Under the pieces are notes generated by a model. It had not been told where the DNA came from, did not search any database, and saw nothing but the letters and a program-made list of their open reading frames with translations. Source: an uncultured Gemmatimonadaceae bacterium (GTDB lineage Bacteria > Gemmatimonadota > Gemmatimonadetes > Gemmatimonadales > Gemmatimonadaceae). From it: a stretch of 64,000 nt of DNA. The number at the start of each line of letters is the position of its first letter. Positions within the stretch are counted from its first letter, which is position 1. The translations under genes were made by a program, and so were the position numbers. The DNA is taken from NCBI GenBank assembly GCA_963781585.1, contig CAWAGQ010000005.1, positions 160,001 to 224,000 on the forward strand. Direction: 5' to 3'. Shown piece by piece: positions 1 through 9,271 of this stretch.

Positions 1-2
1 GG

Positions 3-692
3 ACCGGGGCGAGCATCCCGTTAGGCGCTGCCGGTGGCGGACGCGGAGGTGGCGGAGGTGGCGGCGGGGGCGCGGGACGCGGCGGTGGCCCGCCGGGCCC
101 GTACGTGGTACCGGGGAAGTACAGCGCGACACTTTCCACGCGCGTGCAAGGGGTGGAGAAGCAGATCGCCGGACCAGTGACGTTCAACGTCGTCGGTGAT
201 CCGGCGAACCCCGTGACCCTCGCGGACCAGCAGGCCCGGTGGGAGTTTCAGCACAAGGCGATGGCGCTGGGGCGCCAGGTGAACGGGGCGATCGATGTCG
301 CCAATCTGAACAACACGAAGCTCGACCAGATGCGCCGAGCCCTCGATGCCACACCGAACGCACCGAAGGGCCTGCGCGACCAGGTGGTGGCCTACGACAA
401 ACGGCTCTCGGCGATTCTGTTCGCGCTGCGTGGGGACGTGGTGCTTGGAGCACGGAGTGACCCCGATCCGATGTCGATCCAGCAGCGGGCCGGAGCGGCC
501 GGGGCGTTCGGTTCCTGGTTAGGCAGGCCGACCGGGGCGATGGAGGAGCAGTACGCGATCGCGTCGACGCTGTTCGGCTCGGAGCTGCCGAAGCTCAGGC
601 AACTCGTGGAGACCGACATCCCCGCCCTGGAGCGCGAGCTGGAGCGGATCGGAGCGCCCTACACCAGCGGGAGGCTGCCGGGCCCGCCGTAG
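3..692 (+). CDS. C-terminal part of a VPS10/BNR-repeat glycosyl hydrolase-like protein (5' partial)
   Basis: Frame is open from the window start. A GGRGGGG linker and 'GPYVVPGKYSATL' are followed by a helical tail ending 'IPALERELERIGAPYTSGRLP', typical of this family's C-terminus. Confidence 0.7.
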   Translation, partial: TGASIPLGAAGGGRGGGGGGGGGAGRGGGPPGPYVVPGKYSATLSTRVQGVEKQIAGPVTFNVVGDPANPVTLADQQARWEFQHKAMALGRQVNGAIDVANLNNTKLDQMRRALDATPNAPKGLRDQVVAYDKRLSAILFALRGDVVLGARSDPDPMSIQQRAGAAGAFGSWLGRPTGAMEEQYAIASTLFGSELPKLRQLVETDIPALERELERIGAPYTSGRLPGPP

Positions 693-851
693 GGCAGTTG
701 ACGGCCGCGCGGCGTCCGCGCGGCGTCCCTGGGGGTACGCCCGCATCAAGCAGCACGCGAGCGACCCGCCGTCTCGAATTCGCCGTCTTCACGCCGCGAA
801 GCGTCAGGCACGGCACGGAGACCAGGGCAGCCGGAAGCTGTGACGATGACG

Positions 852-3035
852 CTACTTCCTGAGACAGAACCCCACATCAAAGGTGTTGTGGTTGTGCGAG
901 CCCGATTGGCTGCCCACGATTGATCGATCCCAGACCCGCAACAGCACCACATATCCGCATGGTTGCATTCCCGTTGTATCGAGCTCCCACTCATCCCCAC
1001 CCGCGACAAACGTGGCCGTTTCGGTCGTGGCCGGCGTCGCGGTCGTCGGGGCATTTGGCGACATGCTCGACGGCAGCGTCGACAAGGTGAACCCGCCGAA
1101 ATGGGCATCCCGCGCGACGAAGTGGCCCTGGATGGTTGTCCCCTTGGTGAAGTCCTTGCAGTCGCCGCCACTGTCGATGTGAATCTCGCAGGTGACTGGC
1201 GGCGGTTCGTACGGCAGCACAGCGGGGCGACGACGGGGCGCCGTGTTGTCGAGCTGGATGCTGTGCCACGGCGTGGTTCCCACCACAATGCCACCTAACG
1301 TGGCCATCTCGAGTCGGATCTCGTGGAGGTCGTCGCCCGGCGGCGTCCAATGCGCGAGCACCTGGTCCATGTTCGCCAGGGTGCTCATGTACGCGGCGTA
1401 GCCGGTGAGCGGATCCGGGGTGATGTTCGAGCCCACGCCGAGCCAGTTCACCACATGGAACGTGCTCTTGACGACCTCTTCGGTCAGGGGGTTGCCGAAA
1501 TTGCGCGCCCACAGGCGGTACTTGAATCCCGGCACCGGCGGTCCCTGGACGATGATGCGTCCCCCGAACGGGCACTCGCGGTTCAGCAACCAGGGATCGG
1601 CAGGATCGCCACCGAACGCGAAGGTCGCCAGGGGCTTGGTCATGCCGTCGCCGAATACGTTGATGTCAGCCACGCCAATGCCGCCAATGATGCTGATCAC
1701 CGGCTGGTCGCCGGGCATCGCGGTGCCGGGCCGGATCTGCACATGGGCGTCGAGGCGATTGCCCCAGTGCGTCAGAGCATCCGGGTCGGTCGTCGAAGGC
1801 GGCGTATTCCACGAGAGGACAGCGCGGATGCGCGCGATCTTCGGCCCGCCCCCTCGCCCTCCGCACGGGCGCCGGATCGCACTCAGGTCCACCGGGAGGA
1901 TCGCGCTGTACGCGAGCCCACCGGGCGGGAGCGCGGCAATGTCGTGAACGTTGACGGTGACGGTGTTGAGGTAGGTCCATTCACACGTGTCGCCCCAGTC
2001 CGCCCAGAGGGCCACGTATTCCAGGCTTCCGTGGGTGCACAGGTCACCCGAGTAGCCGAGTGGTCTCCTGATCCGGAAGGTCGCGATCAGCCGCTCGAGG
2101 TTGTACTCGAGACCCAGGCACTCGAGTTCTTCGTACGACACATCGGCCTTCGTCTTCTCCAGCGCGTTCACCACGACAGAGAGATCCAGGCCGACCGCCT
2201 TCCACTGCTCGGCGGCCACCGACAGCGCGTCTTGATCCGCCGACTTCAGCAGGGGCTGCAGGTGCGCAAAACCGAACCGGTGCGGTTCCACCGCGACGGC
2301 CTTGGACTTTCCCTTCGTCTGGTACAGTTCGGCCAGACTGCTCAACGACATCGGAGGTGGGTCGGGCAACGGAATGGGGAACGGCTTCACCTCGGCGGCC
2401 AGCGCGGGAAGGGTCTTCAGCAGGTCGCTCGGAACCATCTCGACGACGTCACCGAACCACAGAGGCCGGGGCGTGATCTGGATGTGCTCGTCCAGCACGT
2501 TCCCCCAGATCGGCGGCCAGTTCGCATTCCCCGCCGGAGGGATCAGCTGCCAGGAGAGGATGGCGCGGACGTTCGGCAACACCGGATGCCGACAGTTCTG
2601 ACGCTCCGGATCGAGAGGCAGCGTGACAACGTACGTGAGCGGCTTGTCGGGATGCCGGGCGCAGTCGAGCGTGTTGGGAATGTCATGGGCGTTGAATGCC
2701 GCCAGTCCTGCGTCGGTCCAGCCGGTTCCGTAGTCTACGAAAAAGCGGACATACTCCGTGGATCCGGGCGTACACAGCGTGCCGTTGTAGCCACCCGGCC
2801 GCTTGATCTGGATCGTGGCCTCGAGCAGGTCGAGCGCCGGATTGAACCCGACGCAGCTCACCTGCTCGTAGGTCGTATTGCCGAGGATCTTCTTGACCGG
2901 CTCGAACTGGCTCTTCTCGAGGTTCCCGAAGTAGTTGGGGTTGGTGGCGAGGAGCTTTCGGAACTCCAGCCGTTCCCTGGGTGGAACGTGCAGACGCTCG
3001 CGTGTCGCAGCGCTTTTCACGGCTCTGGCAGGCAT
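852..3035 (-). CDS. Hypothetical 727-aa protein with an internally duplicated domain
   Basis: Long ORF; ATG at 3035 preceded by GGAGG/GGAG. Two related units: 'YEQVSCVG...GYNGTLC..GSTEYV...HDI...VRAILSW...WGN.LD.HIQI' and 'YEELECLG...GYSGDLC..GSLEYV...HDI...IRAVLSW...WGN.LD.HVQI'. Confidence 0.85.
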   Translation of the reverse strand: MPARAVKSAATRERLHVPPRERLEFRKLLATNPNYFGNLEKSQFEPVKKILGNTTYEQVSCVGFNPALDLLEATIQIKRPGGYNGTLCTPGSTEYVRFFVDYGTGWTDAGLAAFNAHDIPNTLDCARHPDKPLTYVVTLPLDPERQNCRHPVLPNVRAILSWQLIPPAGNANWPPIWGNVLDEHIQITPRPLWFGDVVEMVPSDLLKTLPALAAEVKPFPIPLPDPPPMSLSSLAELYQTKGKSKAVAVEPHRFGFAHLQPLLKSADQDALSVAAEQWKAVGLDLSVVVNALEKTKADVSYEELECLGLEYNLERLIATFRIRRPLGYSGDLCTHGSLEYVALWADWGDTCEWTYLNTVTVNVHDIAALPPGGLAYSAILPVDLSAIRRPCGGRGGGPKIARIRAVLSWNTPPSTTDPDALTHWGNRLDAHVQIRPGTAMPGDQPVISIIGGIGVADINVFGDGMTKPLATFAFGGDPADPWLLNRECPFGGRIIVQGPPVPGFKYRLWARNFGNPLTEEVVKSTFHVVNWLGVGSNITPDPLTGYAAYMSTLANMDQVLAHWTPPGDDLHEIRLEMATLGGIVVGTTPWHSIQLDNTAPRRRPAVLPYEPPPVTCEIHIDSGGDCKDFTKGTTIQGHFVARDAHFGGFTLSTLPSSMSPNAPTTATPATTETATFVAGGDEWELDTTGMQPCGYVVLLRVWDRSIVGSQSGSHNHNTFDVGFCLRK

Positions 3036-3361
3036 TCTCCGCACCTCCGCTTCGGGGACCTCACGCCGGCGGCGCCGTGGAGCACCTGCGGCGCATGACT
3101 CCACGCCAACCGCCTGCCTAACGTCCCAGCTTGACCCGCACCACGCCCACGTCGAATGGCGAACCACGCGATCGACGTGGCCTCACACGATGATCTGGCA
3201 GGCAACAGGGCGCCAGTTCGCTTCTGAAAGCGTCGTAACGGATTTGAAAGGTACGAACGCCGGAGACGCTCCCCCGCAGCTCGAGCTCGCTTGGGTGCGG
3301 TTACGCTGTCGCGCGAGCATGGCGTCAGCCGCGCCGGTGCGTGACGCGATGCGGGCGCGCG

Positions 3362-4216
3362 TCAGTCTCCGGCTATCACGCGCCCAGACGACTTCGCCGC
3401 GGCCGATCCCGAATCCAGGAGCGACAGCAGCACCGCCCCACGCGCGCCGTCACGTGCCAGCGTGCGCCGCACACGCGCCCGCTGCATCCGGAGCGCGCCC
3501 GCGCTGGCCACATCGAGCCGGCGCGCGATCTCCTCGCGGGAACGTATTCCCCGGCGCTCCAGCTCGAACGCGTGGTACTGTCGGCCGCACCGCATCAGAA
3601 CACCCGTGGTGGGCAGGCCGATCGTGTGCAGGTGATGATTGACGGTCTGAATGGTCACGCCGAACGAGCGCGCCAGTTCGCGCTCGAGTCCGCGGCGGTG
3701 TCCGTTGCGCAGGCAGTGCAGCGCCAGCGTGCGCTTCGCGCCAACCGGCAGTTCAGCGGCGACCAGATCCAGCTCACTTTCGGGAGGCGGGGCCAGCGTC
3801 CTGGCTCGCACGGTGGCCGCCAGGTCGCGAAAGTCCGACGTCTCAGCCAGCGTCATCAGGTCATCCGCCCCGGCAATGCTGAATTGCCGGAGCAATCGGT
3901 AGGCGCTCTCGGAGGGCGCTGTACAGATGTAGATGGCAGTGCGTGGGTTATGCGACCGGATCCACTCAACGAGGCGGATCGACGAGGTACCGTCGGCGGT
4001 GCGCGGCCCGAGTATCAACACCGGCACCGGGGCCAGCATCGTTCGGTCGCGCTGATGTTGCAATCGACTGACATCGAGCCGAAGAACGCGGTGCGCCTCG
4101 AGGGTCTTCTCGATGCCCGTGCACAGATCGCCACAGCCATCATCGATGATGACCTCGACTTGTCGGCGCAGCGCGGCGCCACCTTGAGGAACCCGCGACT
4201 TCGCGTAGTACAACAT
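3362..4216 (-). CDS. Transcriptional regulator with a degenerate receiver-like N-terminus and AraC-like HTH
   Basis: Receiver-like 'LVEWIRSHNPRTAIYIC...AGADD'. Two C-terminal HTH-like segments: 'LARSFGVTIQTVNHHL' and 'SREEIARRLDVASAGALR'. Confidence 0.65.
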   Translation of the reverse strand: MLYYAKSRVPQGGAALRRQVEVIIDDGCGDLCTGIEKTLEAHRVLRLDVSRLQHQRDRTMLAPVPVLILGPRTADGTSSIRLVEWIRSHNPRTAIYICTAPSESAYRLLRQFSIAGADDLMTLAETSDFRDLAATVRARTLAPPPESELDLVAAELPVGAKRTLALHCLRNGHRRGLERELARSFGVTIQTVNHHLHTIGLPTTGVLMRCGRQYHAFELERRGIRSREEIARRLDVASAGALRMQRARVRRTLARDGARGAVLLSLLDSGSAAAKSSGRVIAGD

Positions 4217-4359
4217 TGCTGCTCACGACAGTGGTTCGAAGGCTCGCGCCGCGCAGATCACCGCGGGGGGCGGTCCTGCTATTCAGCCCTTGCGAGGAAT
4301 CGACAAGGGGCCTCGGTGTCGAACGTTCCGGAAGTGATCAGGCTGCCGTTGTCGCTGTC

Positions 4360-4734
4360 CTACGCACTGACGATCGCGAGGATGTTCCCGTCCGGATCCT
4401 TGAACCACGCGGCCTTCATCGTGCCGGCCACGTGCACATCGCCACGGCGCGTCATCTCCGGCAGGTCGTAGTGTTCGAACGCGACACCCTTGTCCCTGAG
4501 GACCTGCACCTCCTTTTCCACGTCACCGACTTCCCAGGTCGCGGCAGTTGCCTTGTTCGTTCCGGCGAACTCGGACTGGTAGACCAGAATGTTCGAGTCC
4601 CCGCTCCGATACGACAGCACGCCGGGCTGCTCGCCACGCGCCCGACTCAGGCCGAGCTTTTCCTCATAGAATTTCCGGGCAACTTCGACATCCTTGACGG
4701 GGATGGTCGCGGTGACTGCTCGTTCTCCAAGCAT
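4360..4734 (-). CDS. VOC/glyoxalase/bleomycin-resistance family protein
   Basis: 'IPVKDVEVARKFYEEKLGL' and 'AWFKDPDGNIL'; GGGAGGA RBS before ATG 4734. Confidence 0.92.
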   Translation of the reverse strand: MLGERAVTATIPVKDVEVARKFYEEKLGLSRARGEQPGVLSYRSGDSNILVYQSEFAGTNKATAATWEVGDVEKEVQVLRDKGVAFEHYDLPEMTRRGDVHVAGTMKAAWFKDPDGNILAIVSA

Positions 4735-4910
4735 GCGTTCCTCCCTGGTGGTTCCGCGCGCCGGCTTCGTGCGCGCGTTCGTCAGTATAGCATCCACGGG
4801 ACCAATCGGCACATTCCCACCATGCGCGCTATCGCTGGCTCCGTCAGCTCCCTCGCGGCGGACCCAGCCTTGATCAACACTTGATCAACAATGGATACGC
4901 CGCCAGGACC

Positions 4911-5090
4911 GACAGCCCGAAGGCCGTGGAGTGGCGCACGAAGCTCAGCCCCGAACAGTACCACGTCAGGGCAACCCCGCCGACTCAATGCCCGGCTATT
5001 GACGAGCCCGTACCGGGCGCGCACATCATCTCGTGCCGAGCCGTTTGATCCGCGCTCCGGACTCCGCCGCTATGCGATCACCGGTTCGGT
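4911..5090 (+). pseudogene. msrB: Degraded msrB (methionine-R-sulfoxide reductase) remnant
   Basis: 4929-4967 translates EWRTKLSPEQYHV, matching the MsrB N-terminal 'EWR..LTPEQY.V' motif. Downstream fragments 'GAHI' and 'FDPRSGLRRYAI' (different frames) only weakly resemble the MsrB C-terminus. No intact ORF. Confidence 0.5.
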
Positions 5091-5147
5091 GGAAGGTCCG
5101 TGCAGCCCGTCGACGCCGTCTTCACTCACACACCGATCCTCGAAACG

Positions 5148-6914
5148 ATGAAGCGCATCCCGATTCGTTCGCTCGCGGTAGGCATCAGCGCCGTGTTCCT
5201 CGTGCGCTCTCCACTCGTCGCTCAGAACCCACGGCGCACCGCCACTCCCCGCTCGGCGGCTGCACCGGCGTTCTCGGTGGTGGAAGCCACCATCGCCGAC
5301 ATGCGCAGCGCGCTCGAGCAGAAACGGACCACGTCGCACGAGATCGTCGTGCAGTCGCTCACGCGGATCGCGCTCTACGAGGACCACTTGCACGCGGTGA
5401 TCACCGTGAACCCCAGGGCGCTCGCGATCGCCGATTCGCTGGACCGCTTGCGCGCGCAGGGACGGATCCTGGGACCGCTGCACGGCATCCCGGTGGCGCT
5501 CAAGGACAACATCCACACGACGGACATGCGCACCACCGGCGGTGCACTGGCCTTCGCCGACCTGGTGCCGCCTTACGAGGCCACGCTCACGAAGAACCTC
5601 GAGGCCGCCGGCGCCATCATCCTCGCCAAGACGCAATTGACCGAGCTCGCCAACTGGGTGGCGAGCGGCATGCCCGGGAACTACAACGCGCTCAACGGCT
5701 ACGGGATGAACCCCTGGGATCCGCGCCGCGATCCGCGTCCGAATTTCTTCGATGGGCGCCCGGTGCTGTCCACCGGCGGCTCGAGCTCGGGGGTGGGCAC
5801 GAACGTGAGCTTCTGGGCAGCCAATGTCGGGACCGAGACATCGGGTTCCATACTGAGTCCGTCGAATCAGAACATGCTCGTCGGCATCAAGCCCACGGTG
5901 GGCCGCGTGAGCCGTTACGGCGTCATTCCCATCACGGCCGACCAGGACACGCCGGGACCGATGGCCCGTACCGTCTCCGACGCCGCGATCATGCTCGGCG
6001 CCCTCGAAGGCGCCCAGCCGGACCCGAACGACCCGGCAACCACCAAGTGCCCGCCGCCCGCCGGCCGGGACTACACCAGATTTCTCAACGCCAGGGGGCT
6101 CCAGGGAGCACGCATCGGGATCCCCCGGGCATTCTTTTACGAGCGCACGCCGGTGCCGGGGAGCACCAACCCGCGCGGCGGGCTTTCCGACGCACAGCGC
6201 ACCATCATGGACGAGGCGATCGCCGCCCTGAAGGCGCAGGGCGCCGTCCTCGTCGATCCGGCCGACATCCCGAGCGTGATCGACACGAGCGCGGCCAGCA
6301 ACTTTCTCAACTGGAACCCGTGCAGCGGACTCGACGAGGCCAGGGGACTGGACGCCGACTGTTCGATCGCCTTCAAGTACGGGATGAAGCGCGATTTCAA
6401 TGCCTGGCTCAACTCGTTAGGCGATCGGGCGCCGGTCAGGACCCTGACCGAGTTGCGGGAATGGAACATCGCACATCAGCGGGCCGGGGCGATCAAGTAC
6501 GGTCAGGCGGAGCTCGACATCTCGGACGAGATGAACGTGCAGGCCGACCGCGAGCGGTACGAAGCCGACCGGCGCAAGGATGTTCTCCTGTCGGCAACCG
6601 GCGGGATCGACGCCGCCCTCAAGGCCAACCGGCTGGACGCGCTGCTGTTTCCCGGGGTGAGCAGTGCCAACATCGGGGCACGTCCGGGTTATCCCACCGT
6701 CACCGTGCCGTTCGGATTCGTGCCGGTGGGCACCGGCCCCGGAACCGGTCGTGGCGGCGGCGGTGCCGCGTTCCCGCCCGGGTTCGACCCAAAGCCGTCA
6801 CCGTTCAACGTGAGCTTCACCGGGACGGCGTGCAGCGAACCGAAGCTGATCGAGATCGCGTACGCGTTCGAGCAGGCGACGAAGAAGCGAAAAGCGCCGC
6901 CCGGGTTTCCGTGA
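5148..6914 (+). CDS. Secreted amidase (amidase signature family)
   Basis: Signal peptide; 'GPLHGIPVALKDN', 'GGSSSG' and 'GTETSGSILSPS' catalytic motifs. Confidence 0.95.
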   Translation: MKRIPIRSLAVGISAVFLVRSPLVAQNPRRTATPRSAAAPAFSVVEATIADMRSALEQKRTTSHEIVVQSLTRIALYEDHLHAVITVNPRALAIADSLDRLRAQGRILGPLHGIPVALKDNIHTTDMRTTGGALAFADLVPPYEATLTKNLEAAGAIILAKTQLTELANWVASGMPGNYNALNGYGMNPWDPRRDPRPNFFDGRPVLSTGGSSSGVGTNVSFWAANVGTETSGSILSPSNQNMLVGIKPTVGRVSRYGVIPITADQDTPGPMARTVSDAAIMLGALEGAQPDPNDPATTKCPPPAGRDYTRFLNARGLQGARIGIPRAFFYERTPVPGSTNPRGGLSDAQRTIMDEAIAALKAQGAVLVDPADIPSVIDTSAASNFLNWNPCSGLDEARGLDADCSIAFKYGMKRDFNAWLNSLGDRAPVRTLTELREWNIAHQRAGAIKYGQAELDISDEMNVQADRERYEADRRKDVLLSATGGIDAALKANRLDALLFPGVSSANIGARPGYPTVTVPFGFVPVGTGPGTGRGGGGAAFPPGFDPKPSPFNVSFTGTACSEPKLIEIAYAFEQATKKRKAPPGFP

Positions 6915-6931
6915 GGCTGTGAGTCCCCCTC

Positions 6932-7010
6932 GGCCCCGGCCATGGTGCGCGGCGCCTGTCGTGATACAGGCCCCGGCCATGGTGCGCGGCGCCTGTCGCG
7001 ATTCAGGCCC
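6932..7010. repeat. 37-bp tandem duplication (about 2.1 copies)
   Basis: ggccccggccatggtgcgcggcgcctgtcgtgataca (6932-6968) is followed directly by a copy with 2 mismatches (6969-7005), then ggccc. Confidence 0.9.
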
Positions 7011-7120
7011 GGGCGGCGGCGGCGCGCCGACTGCCGCAGAGGGGGCTCCGCCCGCTATGTTCCGCTGGCGGCGCGATGTACAGTAACCCGCGCCGTCCAA
7101 CACCAGGGGAGGAATCCCTC

Positions 7121-7288
7121 ATGTCGAAGAGACGAAAGCCGAACATCCCACAGTTTGGCAGATCGAAGGCGCCGGGTGGTCCCGTCAAGCCGGGACAGGC
7201 TATCGCTCCGCCCGGAACCAAGCCGCCCGTTCCTCAGGTCAAGCCTCACTCCAACCCCGTGAAATCGTCGGGTCACCGCGGCGCGTAG
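7121..7288 (+). CDS. Small basic Pro/Lys-rich protein (55 aa)
   Basis: Strong RBS GGGGAGGA upstream of ATG 7121; MSKRRKPNIPQFGR...SSGHRGA. Confidence 0.65.
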   Translation: MSKRRKPNIPQFGRSKAPGGPVKPGQAIAPPGTKPPVPQVKPHSNPVKSSGHRGA

Positions 7289-7425
7289 GGCCAGTCGCGC
7301 GTCGCGCGATGGCACAGGCAGGTGCTCACGGGCGAGAGGTGAGTGGCCGGTCGTGGGTGCGTGCCTTGGTCTCTTGCCGCAGATCTCGCACGACCAGCGG
7401 TGCAAGAACAGGGTGCCGGCGGCGG

Positions 7426-8097
7426 ATGTGGACGCTGGCCCTCCTTCTCGACCTTGGCTGCATCCATGCCGCGGCGCCCGGCGTGGCCGGCCTGAACGGG
7501 CACCGCCTGGCCCTGCTGCTCGATCCTTCCAGTCCCGAGTGGCGCAGGCCAGCGCCGGCGATCTCACACCTGCGGTTCGAGACGTCCAAGGGTGTCTTCG
7601 TGCTCGAACTGATTCGCGCGTGGGGGCCGGTCGGCGCCGATCGCCTCTACAACCTGGCGCGACTCGGCTACTACGACGACACGCGCTTCCACCGCGTCCG
7701 TGCACACTACATCGCGCAATTCGGACTGCACGGCAATCCCGCTGTGAACGCAGCGTGGAAGGATCAGTACCTCCCCGACGATCCGCCCAGGTCGGATAAC
7801 CGGCGCGGCACGTTTGCGTTCGCATACAAAGCGGAGCCCAACACCCGCAACACCCAGATCTACATCAACCTCGCCGACAATACCGGCAACGACGCGGAGC
7901 CTTTCACCGTCCTCGGCACGGTGATCGAAGGCATGGCGGTGGTCGACAGCCTGTACGCGGGGTACGGCGAGGATTCGGGCAGCGGGATGCGCCAGGGGCG
8001 ACAGGGGCCGCTCGCCCAGGGCGGAAACGCCTACATGGACCGGGAGTTCCCCTTGCTCGATCGCATCCTGCGCGTCACGGTGACCGCGGTGAGGTAG
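7426..8097 (+). CDS. Cyclophilin-type peptidyl-prolyl isomerase, probably exported
   Basis: 'FETSKGVFVLEL', 'YYDDTRFHRV...IAQFG', 'RGTFAFA', 'TQIYINL'. Start uncertain (7309 or 7426). Confidence 0.88.
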   Translation: MWTLALLLDLGCIHAAAPGVAGLNGHRLALLLDPSSPEWRRPAPAISHLRFETSKGVFVLELIRAWGPVGADRLYNLARLGYYDDTRFHRVRAHYIAQFGLHGNPAVNAAWKDQYLPDDPPRSDNRRGTFAFAYKAEPNTRNTQIYINLADNTGNDAEPFTVLGTVIEGMAVVDSLYAGYGEDSGSGMRQGRQGPLAQGGNAYMDREFPLLDRILRVTVTAVR

Positions 8098-9271
8098 CTC
8101 TTGTCACGCGCCGGAACACTTCCCCGAGCCAAGCCACGTGGCGCCCCACGTCATGACGTTCACGAACCTGCGCCGCACGCTCGTCAGGCACTCCTGCCGC
8201 CAGCTGCCGTCCGGCGGCGACCTCGGCGAGACAGCCCGCCAGCGCGCCGGTATCTCCATTCGGAAAGAGCAGCCCGGTCACGCCGTTCTCCACGCTCTCG
8301 GCCAGCCCTCCGGTCGCGCTCGCAATGACCGGCACGCCGCGGACGATCGCCTCGAGGGCAGTCAGGCCCAGGGGCTCGGCCCATCGCGACGGTGCGACCA
8401 GAGCCCAGGCGTCGGCCAGCTGCGACTCCACCTGCTCGAAGGGAAGCCAACCCGTGAATTCCACCCCGTCACCCAGTCCGAGCGCCGCAGCCAACCCCTC
8501 CAGCGATGGCCGGAGTGGTCCATCACCCACCACGCGCAGCCGTATTCCCTGCACCTGCGCGCTTGCGCGCGACACCGCGTGCAGCAGGGTTTCCACGCCT
8601 TTCTCGCGCGCCAGTCGTCCCGTGAACACGAACAGGGGATCCCGCGCGGGGGCGCGGCGGAAGGTCGCCGACGGAGGCGCGATCGGCATCGGCGACCAGC
8701 TCGACTCGATGCCGGCATCGGCCAGCGCGTGTTGCATCCACCCGCTGCAGGTGACCACGGCTGCCGCTCGGTGCACTTCATGGCGTATGCGCGCATAACG
8801 AGGGCGGTCGCGCAGCCAGTGGGCCAGGGGGAAGCATCCGCCACGCCAGCACACGAGGCCGGCCGGTGACGTGCAGAGCGAGTCGTCAGGCAGGAGCTTG
8901 AGTCCGTTCGGACAGATCGGTTTGTAGTACAGGATACTGAGCACCGTGGGCACGGCGCCGGTCGCGGCCACCACCGACGGCGACAGGTGCATCTCGAACA
9001 TGGTCACGTGCACCACATCGGGCCTGAAGTCGGCCACCGCGCGTCGCATCGCGCGCGCTGCCGCCGGATTCGCGATCTGCAGCACGCTCTGCAGCACCGG
9101 ACTGCGTGAGCCCGGGGCGACGTAGTCGGCCACCGTCGCGCCGCTCCCCACGCTGCTGGTGAGCAGGCGTACCTCGTCGCCGGCAGCCTCCAGCCCTCGC
9201 ATCAGGAGCGTCACGTACGTCTCCACCCCCCCACCTTCGCCGCCCCAGTCGGTCGCGAACAGAATCCGCAT
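8075..9271 (-). CDS. Glycosyltransferase family 4 (GT-B)
   Basis: 'MRILFATD..GGGVETY', 'FTGRLAREKG', 'EPLGLTALEA' (EX7E). Its ATG overlaps the upstream gene's stop. Confidence 0.93.
   Translation of the reverse strand: MRILFATDWGGEGGGVETYVTLLMRGLEAAGDEVRLLTSSVGSGATVADYVAPGSRSPVLQSVLQIANPAAARAMRRAVADFRPDVVHVTMFEMHLSPSVVAATGAVPTVLSILYYKPICPNGLKLLPDDSLCTSPAGLVCWRGGCFPLAHWLRDRPRYARIRHEVHRAAAVVTCSGWMQHALADAGIESSWSPMPIAPPSATFRRAPARDPLFVFTGRLAREKGVETLLHAVSRASAQVQGIRLRVVGDGPLRPSLEGLAAALGLGDGVEFTGWLPFEQVESQLADAWALVAPSRWAEPLGLTALEAIVRGVPVIASATGGLAESVENGVTGLLFPNGDTGALAGCLAEVAAGRQLAAGVPDERAAQVRERHDVGRHVAWLGEVFRRVTRATSPRSP

Noticed and set aside
3201..3216. Sigma-54 promoter candidates (also near 17604, 34436 and 58584)
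   Set aside because: GG-to-GC spacing is 9 or 11 rather than 10, or the -12 element is absent.
6932..7010. 37-bp repeat as a CRISPR array
   Set aside because: The copies are contiguous with no spacers, there are only two, and no cas genes are present.
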